Source: Octopus sinensis (Eukaryota). Taken from it: a DNA stretch of 23,461 nucleotides. The stretch is taken from the NCBI RefSeq assembly GCF_006345805.1, contig NW_021836581.1, positions 1 through 23,461 on the forward strand, written 5' to 3'. This document shows, piece after piece, positions 1-10,161 of this stretch; the first letter of the stretch is position 1; each line of letters starts with the position of its first letter. Below the pieces are notes generated by a model. It made no database searches and was not told where the DNA came from. It saw only the letters and a program-made list of their open reading frames with translations. Made by a program: the position numbers and the translations under genes.

Positions 1-69
1 TTCCACACTCCTCATAATCTTGGAACTTCCGCACCAGGGTCCCACTCCCGGATCCAGTTTAACGACATA

Positions 70-308
70 CATACATATGCAAAGGTCACTTGACAGTAAA
101 TCAAAACCCATTTAATTCCAAGATTAAAACAAAACATTATCTTATATGAGACTTCGCTAATGAATAGACAAATGTTGAGAAAGAAATGGTGATTTTAACT
201 CACAGCATTCAATTCTTAAACATACATAATTGGAATGAATAAATAAAATTAAATATTTAGTATTTATGGAATTTTGATTTACTGTCGGGTGATTTTTGAC
301 CAACCCTG
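70..308. mobile_element. Tc1/mariner-type MITE (non-autonomous, about 240 bp)
   Basis: The right end ...TTTTGATTTACTGTCGGGTGATTTTTGACCAACCCTG+TA (272-310) reverse-complements to TACAGGGTTGGTCAAAAATCACCCGACAGTAAATCAAAA. The left end CAAAGGTCACTTGACAGTAAATCAAAA (80-106) matches its inner part. TA lies at both inferred ends (68-69, 309-310). A TA-CAG terminus is typical of Tc1/mariner. Confidence 0.65.
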
Positions 309-312
309 TATA

Positions 313-529
313 TATTGATTTTAAATTTTGGCACAAAGACAGCAATTTTAAGTGAGGGTTAAGTCGAATACACCGACCTCAATGTTCAGGTGGTACTTAT
401 TTTATCGAACTCGAAAAGACCAAAGGCAAAGTCGACCTTGGCGGAATTTGAATTCAGAACGTAAAGACGGATAAAATGCCGCTAAGAATTTCACCTGGCA
501 TGCTAACAATTTTGCCTGCTCGCTGCCTT
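313..529 (-). mobile_element. tRNA-headed SINE, family A (about 220 bp)
   Basis: Aligns by eye along its full length with the copies at 2826-3010, 11503-11708 and 11718-11937. The minus strand has an A-box-like AGGCAAAATTG, a B-box-like AATTCAAATTCC, and the central block GGTCGACTTTGCCTTT...GATAAAATAAGTACC. Confidence 0.85.
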
Positions 530-542
530 AAATACATACATA

Positions 543-900
543 TAACAAGAGTGCAAACCTCCGCCAAGGCAACACCATCATCCTCTCAACGATTAGCCGG
601 AGATGATTTTTAAAATGAGAATATCTGAAATAAACTCGACTGCTCTCACAAACGAGAATACTAAAAATGAACCTGACCGCTCTCAAAAATTAAGTAAAAA
701 AACCGGAAAAATAATCCAGAAACCTTTTCCGGTACCGGATCGATCCCCAAATCTAATCAGTTTGTTGCCAGTCACGAGGCAAAAACATCCCTGAAAGTTT
801 CATCCGAACCCATCCAGTGGTTCTTGAGATATCTTGTCCACGGACAAACAAACAAACACGACTGAAAACAATACCTCCGCCTTTGCTAAGGCAGAGTTAA
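543..900 (+). mobile_element. Helentron-associated non-autonomous element (HINE/DINE-1-like)
   Basis: Subterminal ACCTCCGCC at 557-565 is repeated at 873-881. A 3' hairpin ACCTCCGCCTT-TGCT-AAGGCAGAGTT (873-898, 9/11 paired) is preceded by a short (ACAA)n and the block GAAAGTTTCATCC...CCAGTGGTTCTTGAGATATC. This layout is typical of HINE/DINE-1 elements; the family assignment is from recall. Confidence 0.6.
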
Positions 901-911
901 TAACAGATTCC

Positions 912-1216
912 TACGTACGTACGTTAATACATACATACATACATACATGCATACATACATACATACATACATACATACATACACACACACATACATACAT
1001 ACATACATACATACATACATACATGCATGCATACATACATACAAACATACATACATACATACATACATACATACATACAAACATACATACATACATACAA
1101 ACATACATACATACATACATACATACATACATACATACATACACACACACATACATACATACATATATACATACATACATTCATACATGCATACATACAT
1201 ACATACATACATATAT
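912..1216. repeat. (TACA)n microsatellite
   Basis: About 290 bp of TACA with variant units, preceded by (TACG)3. Confidence 0.95.
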
Positions 1217-2043
1217 GTATGCTCTTTGTCGTTTTCTTTTAGTCAGTTACAAGAATCAGTGGGGGTGGGCTTTACGTGTTTTTTTTTGATTGACTATAAA
1301 CCGCGGTTACATCTTCCTCAAATGCTTCACATGCCTGCAGGTTATACAGCGAATATTAGTTTGCGTGTGTGCTTTTGGATTAGTATCTGATTGGTTCTGG
1401 GTTTGAATAGATGCTGGCGTGCGTAAAAGCATTTGTGAACAAAAAAGGCGCGAATTTGCGGAGTTGAATTTCCACGTGTACTTGTCTGCTCTGCACTTTT
1501 AGTTGTCCAAAGGGTTACAAGAGTATAAATTTAAACGTAATAAAAAAGGTTCAGAAGTCTCTGATATATGTTTGCTATTTAAAGCGGTTCGGATTTGATT
1601 TCATTGAACTCTGGTTGCCTTTTCTAGAAGCTGATCACCCTCGTACAGGTACCTTTAGTTGCAACTGTTTAGCTCCACGCGGAAAAGACGTCGGAGAAAC
1701 GGCCTAGCAGCCGTTACGATAAGATTTCGTTACTATCTCTAGCATTTTGAACGGCTACACAGAGGCTCCCACGTTCGTCAGTTGAGACTGTAGGTATTGT
1801 TTAGACCCTTAACATCCGTGATAAAATGCAGTTATGGTAAAAAGTATTCCATCGATGACAAACCTATCACTTTTTCAATCTCAGAGCATAGTGAACCGCA
1901 CATTCCATTGTGTCCTTTATTTCCAGACAGTAGGGTGTAATTTGATGGTTGTTTGAAGCACGTCGAATGTCAACGAAAAGGTTCCTTCCCCCTCATTGTT
2001 CCATGCCATTGAGTAAAAGAAGGAACCAACCACGGAAGAAAGC

Positions 2044-2142
2044 GTATGTACGCATGTATGTATGTATGTATATATGTATGCATGCATGCATGTATGTATG
2101 TATGTATGTAAGTATGCATGTATGTTTGTACATTTATATCTG

Positions 2143-2194
<52 letters not shown>

Positions 2195-2195
2195 C

Positions 2196-2243
<48 letters not shown>

Positions 2244-2500
2244 TCTATCATCTATCTATCTGTCTGTCTGCCTGTCTGTCAGTCTGTCTGTCTGTCTGTC
2301 TGTTTGTCTATCTATCTATCTAGCTATCTGTCTGTCTGTCAGTCTGTCTGTCTTCTCTCTGTCCGTCTGTCTATCTATCTATATATCTATCTATCTATCT
2401 AATCTATATATACTATGCTATCTATCATTTATCTATCTATCTATATTTTCCTCTTCTCTCTTCTCTCCTCTCTCTCTCCTCTCCAGACATACATACTTAC
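2044..2500. repeat. Compound microsatellite (TATG)n-(TCTA)n-(TCTG)n-(CT)n
   Basis: Directly visible. Confidence 0.95.
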
Positions 2501-2825
2501 ACATTTAAAACGGAAATATATGTGAATATATATATAGATGTCTGTATGTGTGTGAGATATGCATCTGCACCCCCGACACCAAATTATTCTAATGGCATGA
2601 TGTCATTGTGGATTTGTAATTGGTGTCACTTGTCTAAAAAGTCGAACAAATGTTTCTTTAATATTGACAGGACGCACACACCCACACACACATTCTCAGA
2701 CATACATAATTCTTTCCAGTAAAGCGTTTTGATCATGAATTCTTGTCTTTTCTTTTCGATGGATTCTCGTCTTCCCGTGGCATATAAACAACTCACCGTA
2801 AATTAGTTCAACGTAGTTTAAATTA

Positions 2826-3010
2826 AAGATGGCAGGCTGGAAGAATCGTTAACACGTCGAATAAAATGCTTTGTGGCATTTCTTCCGCTTTTACGTTCGG
2901 AATTTAAGTTTCGTTGGAGTCCATTTAGCATTTCCGAGTCAGTATAATAAGTACTACTGGAGTATTGAGGTCGATGTAATTGACTAACTCCCTTCTACAA
3001 AAATTACTAG
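2826..3010 (+). mobile_element. tRNA-headed SINE, family A, diverged
   Basis: GGCTGGAAGAATCGTTAACACG...AAATGCTT...TTACGTTCGGAATTTAAG...ATAAGTAC...GAGGTCGATGTAATTGACT matches the reverse complement of 313-529 and 11718-11937. Confidence 0.8.
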
Positions 3011-3175
3011 CTCCCTTCTACAATAATTTCTAGCTCCCTTCTATAAAAATTACTAGTTCCCTTCTATAAAAATTACTAGCCCCCTCCTATAAAAATTACT
3101 AGTTCCCTTCTATAAAAATTACTAGCTCTCTTCTATAAAAATTACTAGCCCCCTTCTATAAAAATTATTAGCTCC
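2988..3175. repeat. 23-bp minisatellite, 8 copies
   Basis: Unit CTCCCTTCTATAAAAATTACTAG starts at 2988, 3011, 3034, 3057, 3080, 3103, 3126 and 3149, with up to 3 substitutions per unit. Confidence 0.95.
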
Positions 3176-3224
3176 GACAAAAAATAGAAGAAAAAAAAAG
3201 AAACAACTATTTAACGCAAGTTAT

Positions 3225-4020
3225 TGCATCGCTGTAAATGCATTGGTTATTTTATCGTCTGGTAAATTAAATTTCTAACCAATTCATTGCCAGGACAAGA
3301 AATTCATGCTTTTTAACCGCAGAGTAAATTAAGCATTATTTAAAGTATTTTTTTTTAATTTGCAGATGCTGCATTTTACTGACAACGTAGAAAAATAATT
3401 AAATAAATAATCCCCCTCGTTTTTTTTTTAGGAGCACGAAAAATTCCATCTTGCAATCTAGAAAGTTTTAGAAATCTTGGAAAAGGAACAATCGAGAAAC
3501 GAAGTAAAAATCAACATTATATTCCTGCTGCAGAAATTCGATATTACGAAAAGAAATATAACGCCAGTGCAGCAAAATTTCAACAGATCGTCAGTGAATT
3601 TTAAAATAACAAAATACGGGCTTATTTAAGATGCATTGCTCACACTTTACCTTTTTAGATTGCTTCTTCTATTTTATAATTTGAAATGGCGTTATTATTT
3701 TACAGCTATTTTTTGTGTGATCATTTTTTAAAATAAGAAACGTTGACTTATTTTGCTTTGTTTTGTTCGTGGATATATGGAGTAAATTTAATATTAATAA
3801 TCTTATATTTGGCTTTGGATTTTACTTTCGTTGTTAAAGAAATATAACGTAATTTTCTCAGCAGGTAAAAAAATTCATCAATTATGTTTAGCGATGCACC
3901 TACTCTGCGGATAAAAAGCATGTGATCAACTTATCAATGATGTATTGTTTCGCTATGTATTTATTTTGTTATGAAATTACCCGGTGATATAATTACAGGT
4001 AATTACCCACGATGACACTA
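3225..4020 (+). mobile_element. Decayed Mutator-like (MULE) DNA transposon derivative
   Basis: A 22-bp inverted repeat matches at 21/22 (3305-3326 vs 3901-3922), with weaker inverted similarity extending outward. An internal transposase-like peptide relic lies at 3447-3658. Outer ends and TSD could not be resolved. Confidence 0.55.
3447..3658 (+). pseudogene. MULE-type transposase C-terminal relic (frameshift plus in-frame stops)
   Basis: 3447-3515 reads HLAI*KVLEILEKEQSRNEVKIN. After a frameshift, 3548-3658 reads EKKYNASAAKFQQIVSEF*NNKIRAYLRCIAHTLPF*. This resembles the HPNIW...LKKEQ and KKY...YLRxIAHxL motifs I recall from invertebrate MULE transposase C-termini. Confidence 0.6.
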
Positions 4021-4190
4021 CAGGGTATCCATAGAAACTTAACATAATTAACAAAATTCCCTTAAACTTTACATGCAATTTTGTATGTAGATTCATAAGA
4101 ATGGCCGTTTCAGGTACAGTTAAATTCCATCAGACTGGACGTCTACAACAACTGGACGTCTTTCGTAAAGTTTAGGTAGAATATGAAATC

Positions 4191-4260
4191 TCAAGGTGTC
4201 ACAGAAAGGGATTGAACCCATGGTCACACAGCAAATTTATTTACAATTCCGACATATTTG
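4191..4260 (-). mobile_element. Degenerate SINE family B head fragment
   Basis: TCAAGGTGTCACAGAAAGGGATTGAACCCATGG resembles CCAAGGTGCCACGCTGTGGGAATGAACCCAGAACCATG in the 10634-11130 copy. Confidence 0.5.
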
Positions 4261-4344
4261 AACCAGTTTTATTGTTAAAAATCAAGCTTAAAGTGACTTT
4301 AAGTTTCGCCTGTCAGCTCTTTCAACCAAACTGGTTGAACAAGC

Positions 4345-4510
4345 TGACAACGACGACGACGACGATGATGATGACGATCACGATCATGATGATGATGATG
4401 ATGATGGCAATCATGATGGTGATGATGACAACTATAGCTGTGCCGCTACCGCCGTCGCCACTTTCACCACCGTTACTTTCGCCTCTTTCGCCGCCGCCGC
4501 TGCTGCTACT
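4345..4510. repeat. Compound trinucleotide repeat (ACG/ATG/GCC)n
   Basis: Directly visible. Confidence 0.9.
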
Positions 4511-4954
4511 GCCGCTTCTACCGCTGCCCCTGTCACCCCACCCCCACCCCCACCACCAGCTGCCCCACTGCAATCATTGTTGCACGTTCCCAATTATTAA
4601 CCATCTGAACGAATCAAATCATATCACCCCCTCCCCGCCCCGCCGCCTCCCTTAAACCCCCCCCCCCACCGCCCACCAACCCCATCCCAGACAATATCTA
4701 ATCAATAAGACAAATATTATATCCCTTCTTCTCTTCTAACGGTCAAACAATGCCTCTCTTCCTCCCTCCCTCCCTCCCAAAGCCAGACACCTTTCTACGG
4801 ACAGGTACAGACACACCGCTAACCCCTAACGTCATCTTTCCTTACAATGATTGTTGGCGACTGTTTTCACTGTAAACATCTCACTTAAAAGAGTGAAGCA
4901 AAATGTCAAGGAGGTATCATCGCATGGATAGATTAGATGGTAACAATAGCACTG

Positions 4955-4957
4955 TAA

Positions 4958-5052
<95 letters not shown>

Positions 5053-5394
5053 GTTGTTGTTCTTATTGGTGTTGGTAGTGGTGGTGGTGGTGCTGGTGGT
5101 GATGTTGCTGTGTAGTATTACTCCTAGTAATTGTTGCTGGTGTTGCTGTTGTTGATGGTGATGGTCGTGGTGGTTTTGGTGTTAGTAGTTGTTGTTGGTG
5201 TTGTTGTTATTGTTGTTAGTGGTAGTAGCAGTTTGTTGCTGATTGTGGTAGTGCTGTTAGAGTTGTTACTGTTGGTAATGGTAGTGGGGGTGATGGTGGA
5301 AGTAGTAGTTTAGGAGTAGTAGTAATAATAGTATTAGTAGTAGTAGTACTAATAATAGTAGTTGCAGCATCAGCAGCACCAGTTGTAGTAGTAA

Positions 5395-5467
<73 letters not shown>

Positions 5468-5525
5468 ATAGTAGTGGTTGTTATTTTTAGTGCTATTGTT
5501 ACCGGCAATGTTGTTGTTGAGGATA
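4955..5525. repeat. Large compound trinucleotide repeat (GTA/GTG/GTT)n
   Basis: Directly visible; source of the poly-V, poly-L and poly-T ORFs. Confidence 0.95.
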
Positions 5526-5539
5526 GTGGTGCTAGCGGT

Positions 5540-5612
5540 GGTGTTGATCAGTTATAGTAAAGCAGGCAGACATCAGATCAAAAGGCATTCTATCCATGAC
5601 CATCCTGTAGTT
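5540..5612 (-). mobile_element. Fragment of a dispersed repeat, probably a SINE/LINE 3' end (family D)
   Basis: Minus strand GATGGTCATGGATAGAATGCCTTTTGATC resembles 14246-14280 ACGGTCATGACTGGAATATCTTTGGTAATAGATC. Confidence 0.35.
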
Positions 5613-5790
5613 GTGTGACTGTATGTGTGTATGTCTATGTGACTGTGTGTGCTTCCATATACATACAATGTCAGCAGTTTGAAACTGACAAAGCACCAAA
5701 AGTAAAATGGATGAAAATCCCCCACTTCTCAAATCTTTATTAATGAGAATGCAAAACGAGGTTTCCATGCAAGTAAATCTTCCCCGAGAC

Positions 5791-6205
5791 TGTATGTATG
5801 CATGAATGTATGCGTGTGTGAATGCATATATGTATGTATGTGTGTATGTACGTCCTACGTATGTATGTACGTACGTATGCATGCATGCATGCCTGTATGT
5901 ATGCATGTATGTATCTATATATGTATCTATGTATAAACGTACGTACGTACGTATGTATACACGTATGAACGTATGTGTGGATGTACGTACATATGTATGT
6001 ATGCATGCATGCCTGTATGTATGCATGTATGTATCTATGTATGTACGTACGTCCGTGTGTATACATATATGTATGTATGCATGAATGTATGCGTGTGCGT
6101 ATGTATGTATGCATATATACATGTATGTATGCATGCATGCATACGGGCAGGTATGCATGTATGTTTTTTATGTATGCATGCATGCATATGTGCATGTATG
6201 TATGA
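5791..6205. repeat. Degenerate (TATG/TACG)n microsatellite with internal block duplications
   Basis: GCATGCATGCCTGTATGTATGCATGTATGTATCTAT occurs near 5883 and 6004. TGTATGTATGCATGAATGTATGCGTGTG occurs near 5791 and 6070. Confidence 0.9.
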
Positions 6206-6210
6206 CTGTA

Positions 6211-6418
6211 TTATTTTATTCTTTTACTTGTTTCAGTAAATTGACTACCATCACTTGACAACCGATATTTGGTGTGTTTATGTCCCCGTAACTGAGCGGT
6301 CCGGCAAAAGTCACCAATAGAAAAAGTTCTGGAGCCGATTTGTTCGACTAAAACCCCTTAAGGTGGTTTTCAGCATGACCACAGTCAAATGACTGAAACA
6401 AATAAAAGAATAAAAGAA
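6211..6418 (+). mobile_element. SINE family B 3' half (6247-6418, +) preceded by an inverted copy of its own tail (6211-6246, -)
   Basis: 6247-6418 aligns with about 15490-15677. 6211-6246 reverse-complements to 6383-6418 at 32/36. Confidence 0.8.
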
Positions 6419-6879
6419 TGTAATTTGAGAGTGATTTGACTGACATTACCAGCAGCTATAGCGACCATGTAGAGGCTATCAAGTTTCGTTTAAGCCAAAG
6501 GTTTATCATATGGGATATATTCGATCGATGACGGCGGTAGTGTTGTTAGACATGGTACCCTTAGAAGCAGAAGGGGGAGAAAGGACCCCAGTAATGGCTA
6601 GTAGTGTAGTTACAAGATGATCCTTTATACATTGAAAGGGGTCGGGGTAGGGTCGACTTGTTTGTCACGTATGAAACGTTTTGGCAACCTCTATTTACCT
6701 CTGTCACCCATATCTGAAATGGAGAAAGTGTGACGAAGCATAAGTTTTGTTAGACTCTTCACTAGAAGAAGCGAGAAACTAGAGGTAACTGGAAGACGGA
6801 TGGGGTATAAACTAATTTGTTAATAGGCCAAGATGTGTATGGAACGCATATGTTCACAATACGTTCACTCATACATGAA

Positions 6880-6895
6880 CACACACACGCACACA

Positions 6896-6950
<55 letters not shown>

Positions 6951-6998
6951 TATAGTTTCTTATTTTTCTATTTGTAGCATTTTTACCGACATTCATAT

Positions 6999-7084
<86 letters not shown>

Positions 7085-7086
7085 AT

Positions 7087-7119
<33 letters not shown>

Positions 7120-7239
7120 CACACATATATATATATATATATATGAGTTTATGAATTATCCTCCAGGGGATCTGAGAAACATTACAAGATGAAAACGACA
7201 CGTGTGTATATGTAAATGTGTGATATATATATATCTCGG

Positions 7240-7307
<68 letters not shown>

Positions 7308-7385
7308 GAGAGAGAGAGAGAGATGGAGAACTAGAGAGAGAAGGGGAGAGAGAAAAAGAAAGAGAGAAAGATGCAGAGAGACGGA
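6880..7385. repeat. Compound microsatellites (CA)n-(TCTA)n-(CA)n-(TA)n and (GA)n
   Basis: Directly visible; short unique spacer near 7146-7200. Confidence 0.95.
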
Positions 7386-7660
7386 AGCATAGATAAACAA
7401 TAAGTTTCATAATTTAAACGGAAATATAGCAGAGAACAAAAAGCCAAAGACAAGATAAATGATAGGTTATGGCCGCTGTTGTCGTCTGCTTCATTCAGTC
7501 TGCGTCAGACGTCGCATTTAAATATTTTTTATCAATGTTACTTGATTTTAAAATAAAAGAAAGAAAAAGCCGAGATACATGAATTTCAGTAAGAGTTGCC
7601 CTTCTATTTCGCCTTCCTATTGGCAAATATTTGTCACTTAAGTTTGGTCAGACATTTTGG

Positions 7661-8655
7661 TACGTGTGTATGTTTGTATGTACGTTTCTATGTATATACA
7701 TATGTATGTACGTTTATATGTATGTGTATGTATTTTATCATTGTTGATTATTTGATTGCTTCATTTAAAGAAGGAACTGGTAACTAGCAAAGAAACAAAG
7801 TGTGTTACATTCTTCTTTCATATGAATAGGATGTATGTCTGTACGTATATGAACTTACACCAGTAGCTGTATGTGTACGTATATTTTCGTTAATGTGTGT
7901 TTGTGTATGTATGTATATATGTATGTATGCATGTGTGTCTGTATGTATGTATGTATGTATGTATGTATGTATGTATGTATGTATGTATATCAGTAGAGAA
8001 CTATGAGGATGACAATGTAAGCGTGCTGTACCACATTACTGGGAGTAAGAGACATCTAGTTCTTGTTAGGACATCACTCTAGAAGGAAAACTGATGTAAA
8101 CCTTCCACTCATCGTTGAACAGGAAGTGGGATTGGTTGAGTGTAAGGCCTCTTCTCACCTTGAGAAACAGAAAAAGTACTATGCACTGGCATCACTTGAT
8201 GTACCAGCATCAAAATCATTATAGATCGATTCAGAAATGATTCAAGCGAAGGCTATACTCGGAAACGAGGAACCAGCTCTCATGTATGTATGTATATGTG
8301 TGTGTATGGTATGTATGTATGTATGTATGTATGTATGTATGTATGTATGTATGTATGTATGTATGTGTATGTATGTATGTATGTATGTATGTATGTATGT
8401 ATGTATGTATGTATGTATGTGTGAGTACTTTGAGGTTATGTATGTGTGAGTACTTTGAGGTTATGTAGGTATAAGTGTTAATGTTTGGGGTTTATTTAAA
8501 GTCCTAAGCAGCAACAAACCACTTTCTGAGATTTATGGCACACATTGATTCGACAGTAACTTCAAGTATCGTCTGCAGTGACTTATTCAACCAGTTTACA
8601 CACACACATACATGCATTCATACGTACGTACGTACATACATACATACGTATTTTC

Positions 8656-8703
<48 letters not shown>

Positions 8704-8795
8704 ATATTATATATATATATATATACATATACATACATACACACATCCATCCATACACAGCCATATATGCATATATATATGTTTACAGAATATAC

Positions 8796-8838
<43 letters not shown>

Positions 8839-8904
8839 TATACACATAAATTTATGCACAAGTAGGTATGTATGTGTATGTCAATGGATACATTATGTGT
8901 GTTG

Positions 8905-8940
<36 letters not shown>

Positions 8941-9125
8941 AACATACATACACACACACGCGCACACACACACATACAGGCGCGCGCGCACACACACACA
9001 TGTAATATATGTGTATTTACGCATCTGCGTGAACATTGTGTGCAGATAAGTACACACACTCAGATTTATTACACAAGCACACACACGCATACATATATTC
9101 ATGCATGAACACACACACACAAACA
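7661..9125. repeat. Cluster of (TATG)n, (TA)n and (CA)n microsatellites with unique spacers
   Basis: Main runs at about 7890-7990, 8283-8420 and 8597-9125. A 25-bp tandem duplication TATGTGTGAGTACTTTGAGGTTATG lies at about 8415-8464. Confidence 0.9.
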
Positions 9126-9356
9126 TTTACATGCTTTTCCTTCGCGAGTCGTATAGTGAATTAGCTATGTTAATATCTTCAACTATTCAATGACATTGTT
9201 CAATACACGAATCTCTTTCTACATTTCTGTTACGGCGACCAAACTATTTTGTGCGCAAGCATAATCATGTCTCACAACTATCATCATCATGATCATCAAC
9301 ATCATGATCTCATGATTTTCACTCGTCACCTTCACCGCTATATCCAGCAGCAGCGT

Positions 9357-9548
9357 GGAGGCGCAATGGCCCAGTGGTTAGGACAGCGGACTCGCGGTCG
9401 TAAGAACGTGGTTTCGATTCCCAGACCGGGCATTGTGAGTCTTTATTGAGCAAAAACACCTAAGCTTCACGAGGCTCCGGCGGGGGGAGGGTGAACTCCA
9501 CTGTACTCTTTCACCACAACTTTCCTTCACTCTTTCTTCCTACTTCTG
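9357..9548 (+). mobile_element. tRNA-headed SINE, family C, 3'-truncated
   Basis: Clear A box TGGCCCAGTGG (9367-9377) and B box GTTTCGATTCC (9411-9421), followed by a non-tRNA body rather than a tRNA 3' end. Confidence 0.8.
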
Positions 9549-9549
9549 C

Positions 9550-9895
9550 CACAAAACAGAGGAACCATGGTGTAACCCACTATGGTGTGGTAAACTTTCA
9601 GACCTTAGTCTAGATTGCGAATCCTCTGTACCCCAGGATGGTTCAGCTCTCCACCCGTTAAAAGCCACCGTTTACAGAATGAGGATAACAACATAGCTTT
9701 CGCGCCCGTGTAACCGCCAGTCTATCGCGTGTGGTGGGTGGATCTTCAAGATTCCACATGCACTCTTAGTAGCTTAGAGTAGGCTCGAATTAGAGATTAT
9801 TCTTTGTGGCTAATGGCGTGAGTCCTGGATTGGAAGAAGAAGAAGAAGAAGAAGAAGAAGAAGAAGAAGAAGAAGAAGAAAAGGAAGAAGAAGAA
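9550..9895 (+). mobile_element. Possible LINE (RTE-like) 3' end with (GAA)n tail
   Basis: Non-repetitive, CpG-containing segment running directly into about 20 GAA units. Similarity to RTE C-termini is only weak and from recall. Confidence 0.25.
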
Positions 9896-9925
9896 GCAGC
9901 AGCAGCAGCGCTGCCGCCGCCGCCG
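9833..9925. repeat. (GAA)n-(GCA)n-(GCC)n compound repeat
   Basis: Directly visible. Confidence 0.95.
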
Positions 9926-10080
9926 CTCCTCTGCTCCTCTGTAGTAATAATGTCTTTATGTCTGTGGTTCACAGTAAGTTATAAGTTTCGAAAGTGGGAT
10001 CCCAACGAACGAAAGAACGAAAAAAAGCAAAAATCTTTGGGACAAAAATCACTTAGGACAAAACATCAGTTGTGCAAAAC

Positions 10081-10161
10081 CAAAAATCCTCTTAGTTAAA
10101 GATTTTCCAACAATGTTCCCTTCGTTATAGTGTTCTTTCAACAAGACATCTTTGATTAAAG
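10081..10161. repeat. Left part of a degenerate 28-bp tandem array (about 3 units)
   Basis: Units CAAAAATCCTCTTAGTTAAAGATTTT / CCAACAATGTTCCCTTCGTTATAGTGTTCT / TTCAACAAGACATCTTTGATTAAAG resemble the units at 11133-11420. Confidence 0.6.

Noticed and set aside
603-794. 63-aa ORF MIFKMRISE...
   Set aside because: Lies wholly inside the HINE-like element; no recognisable homology.
1725-1790. CTGACGA...GAAA on the minus strand as a hammerhead
   Set aside because: Stems I, II and III cannot be paired around the core.
1927-2043. Apparent + strand exon (TTTATTTCCAG ... GC|GTATGT)
   Set aside because: All three frames contain stops and the donor is merely the start of a TATG repeat.
4019-4040. TACAGGGTATCC as a Tc1-type TIR
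   Set aside because: No matching inverted partner found nearby.
9357-9430. tRNA gene
   Set aside because: A and B boxes are present but there is no convincing cloverleaf, acceptor stem or poly-T terminator; it continues into a SINE body.
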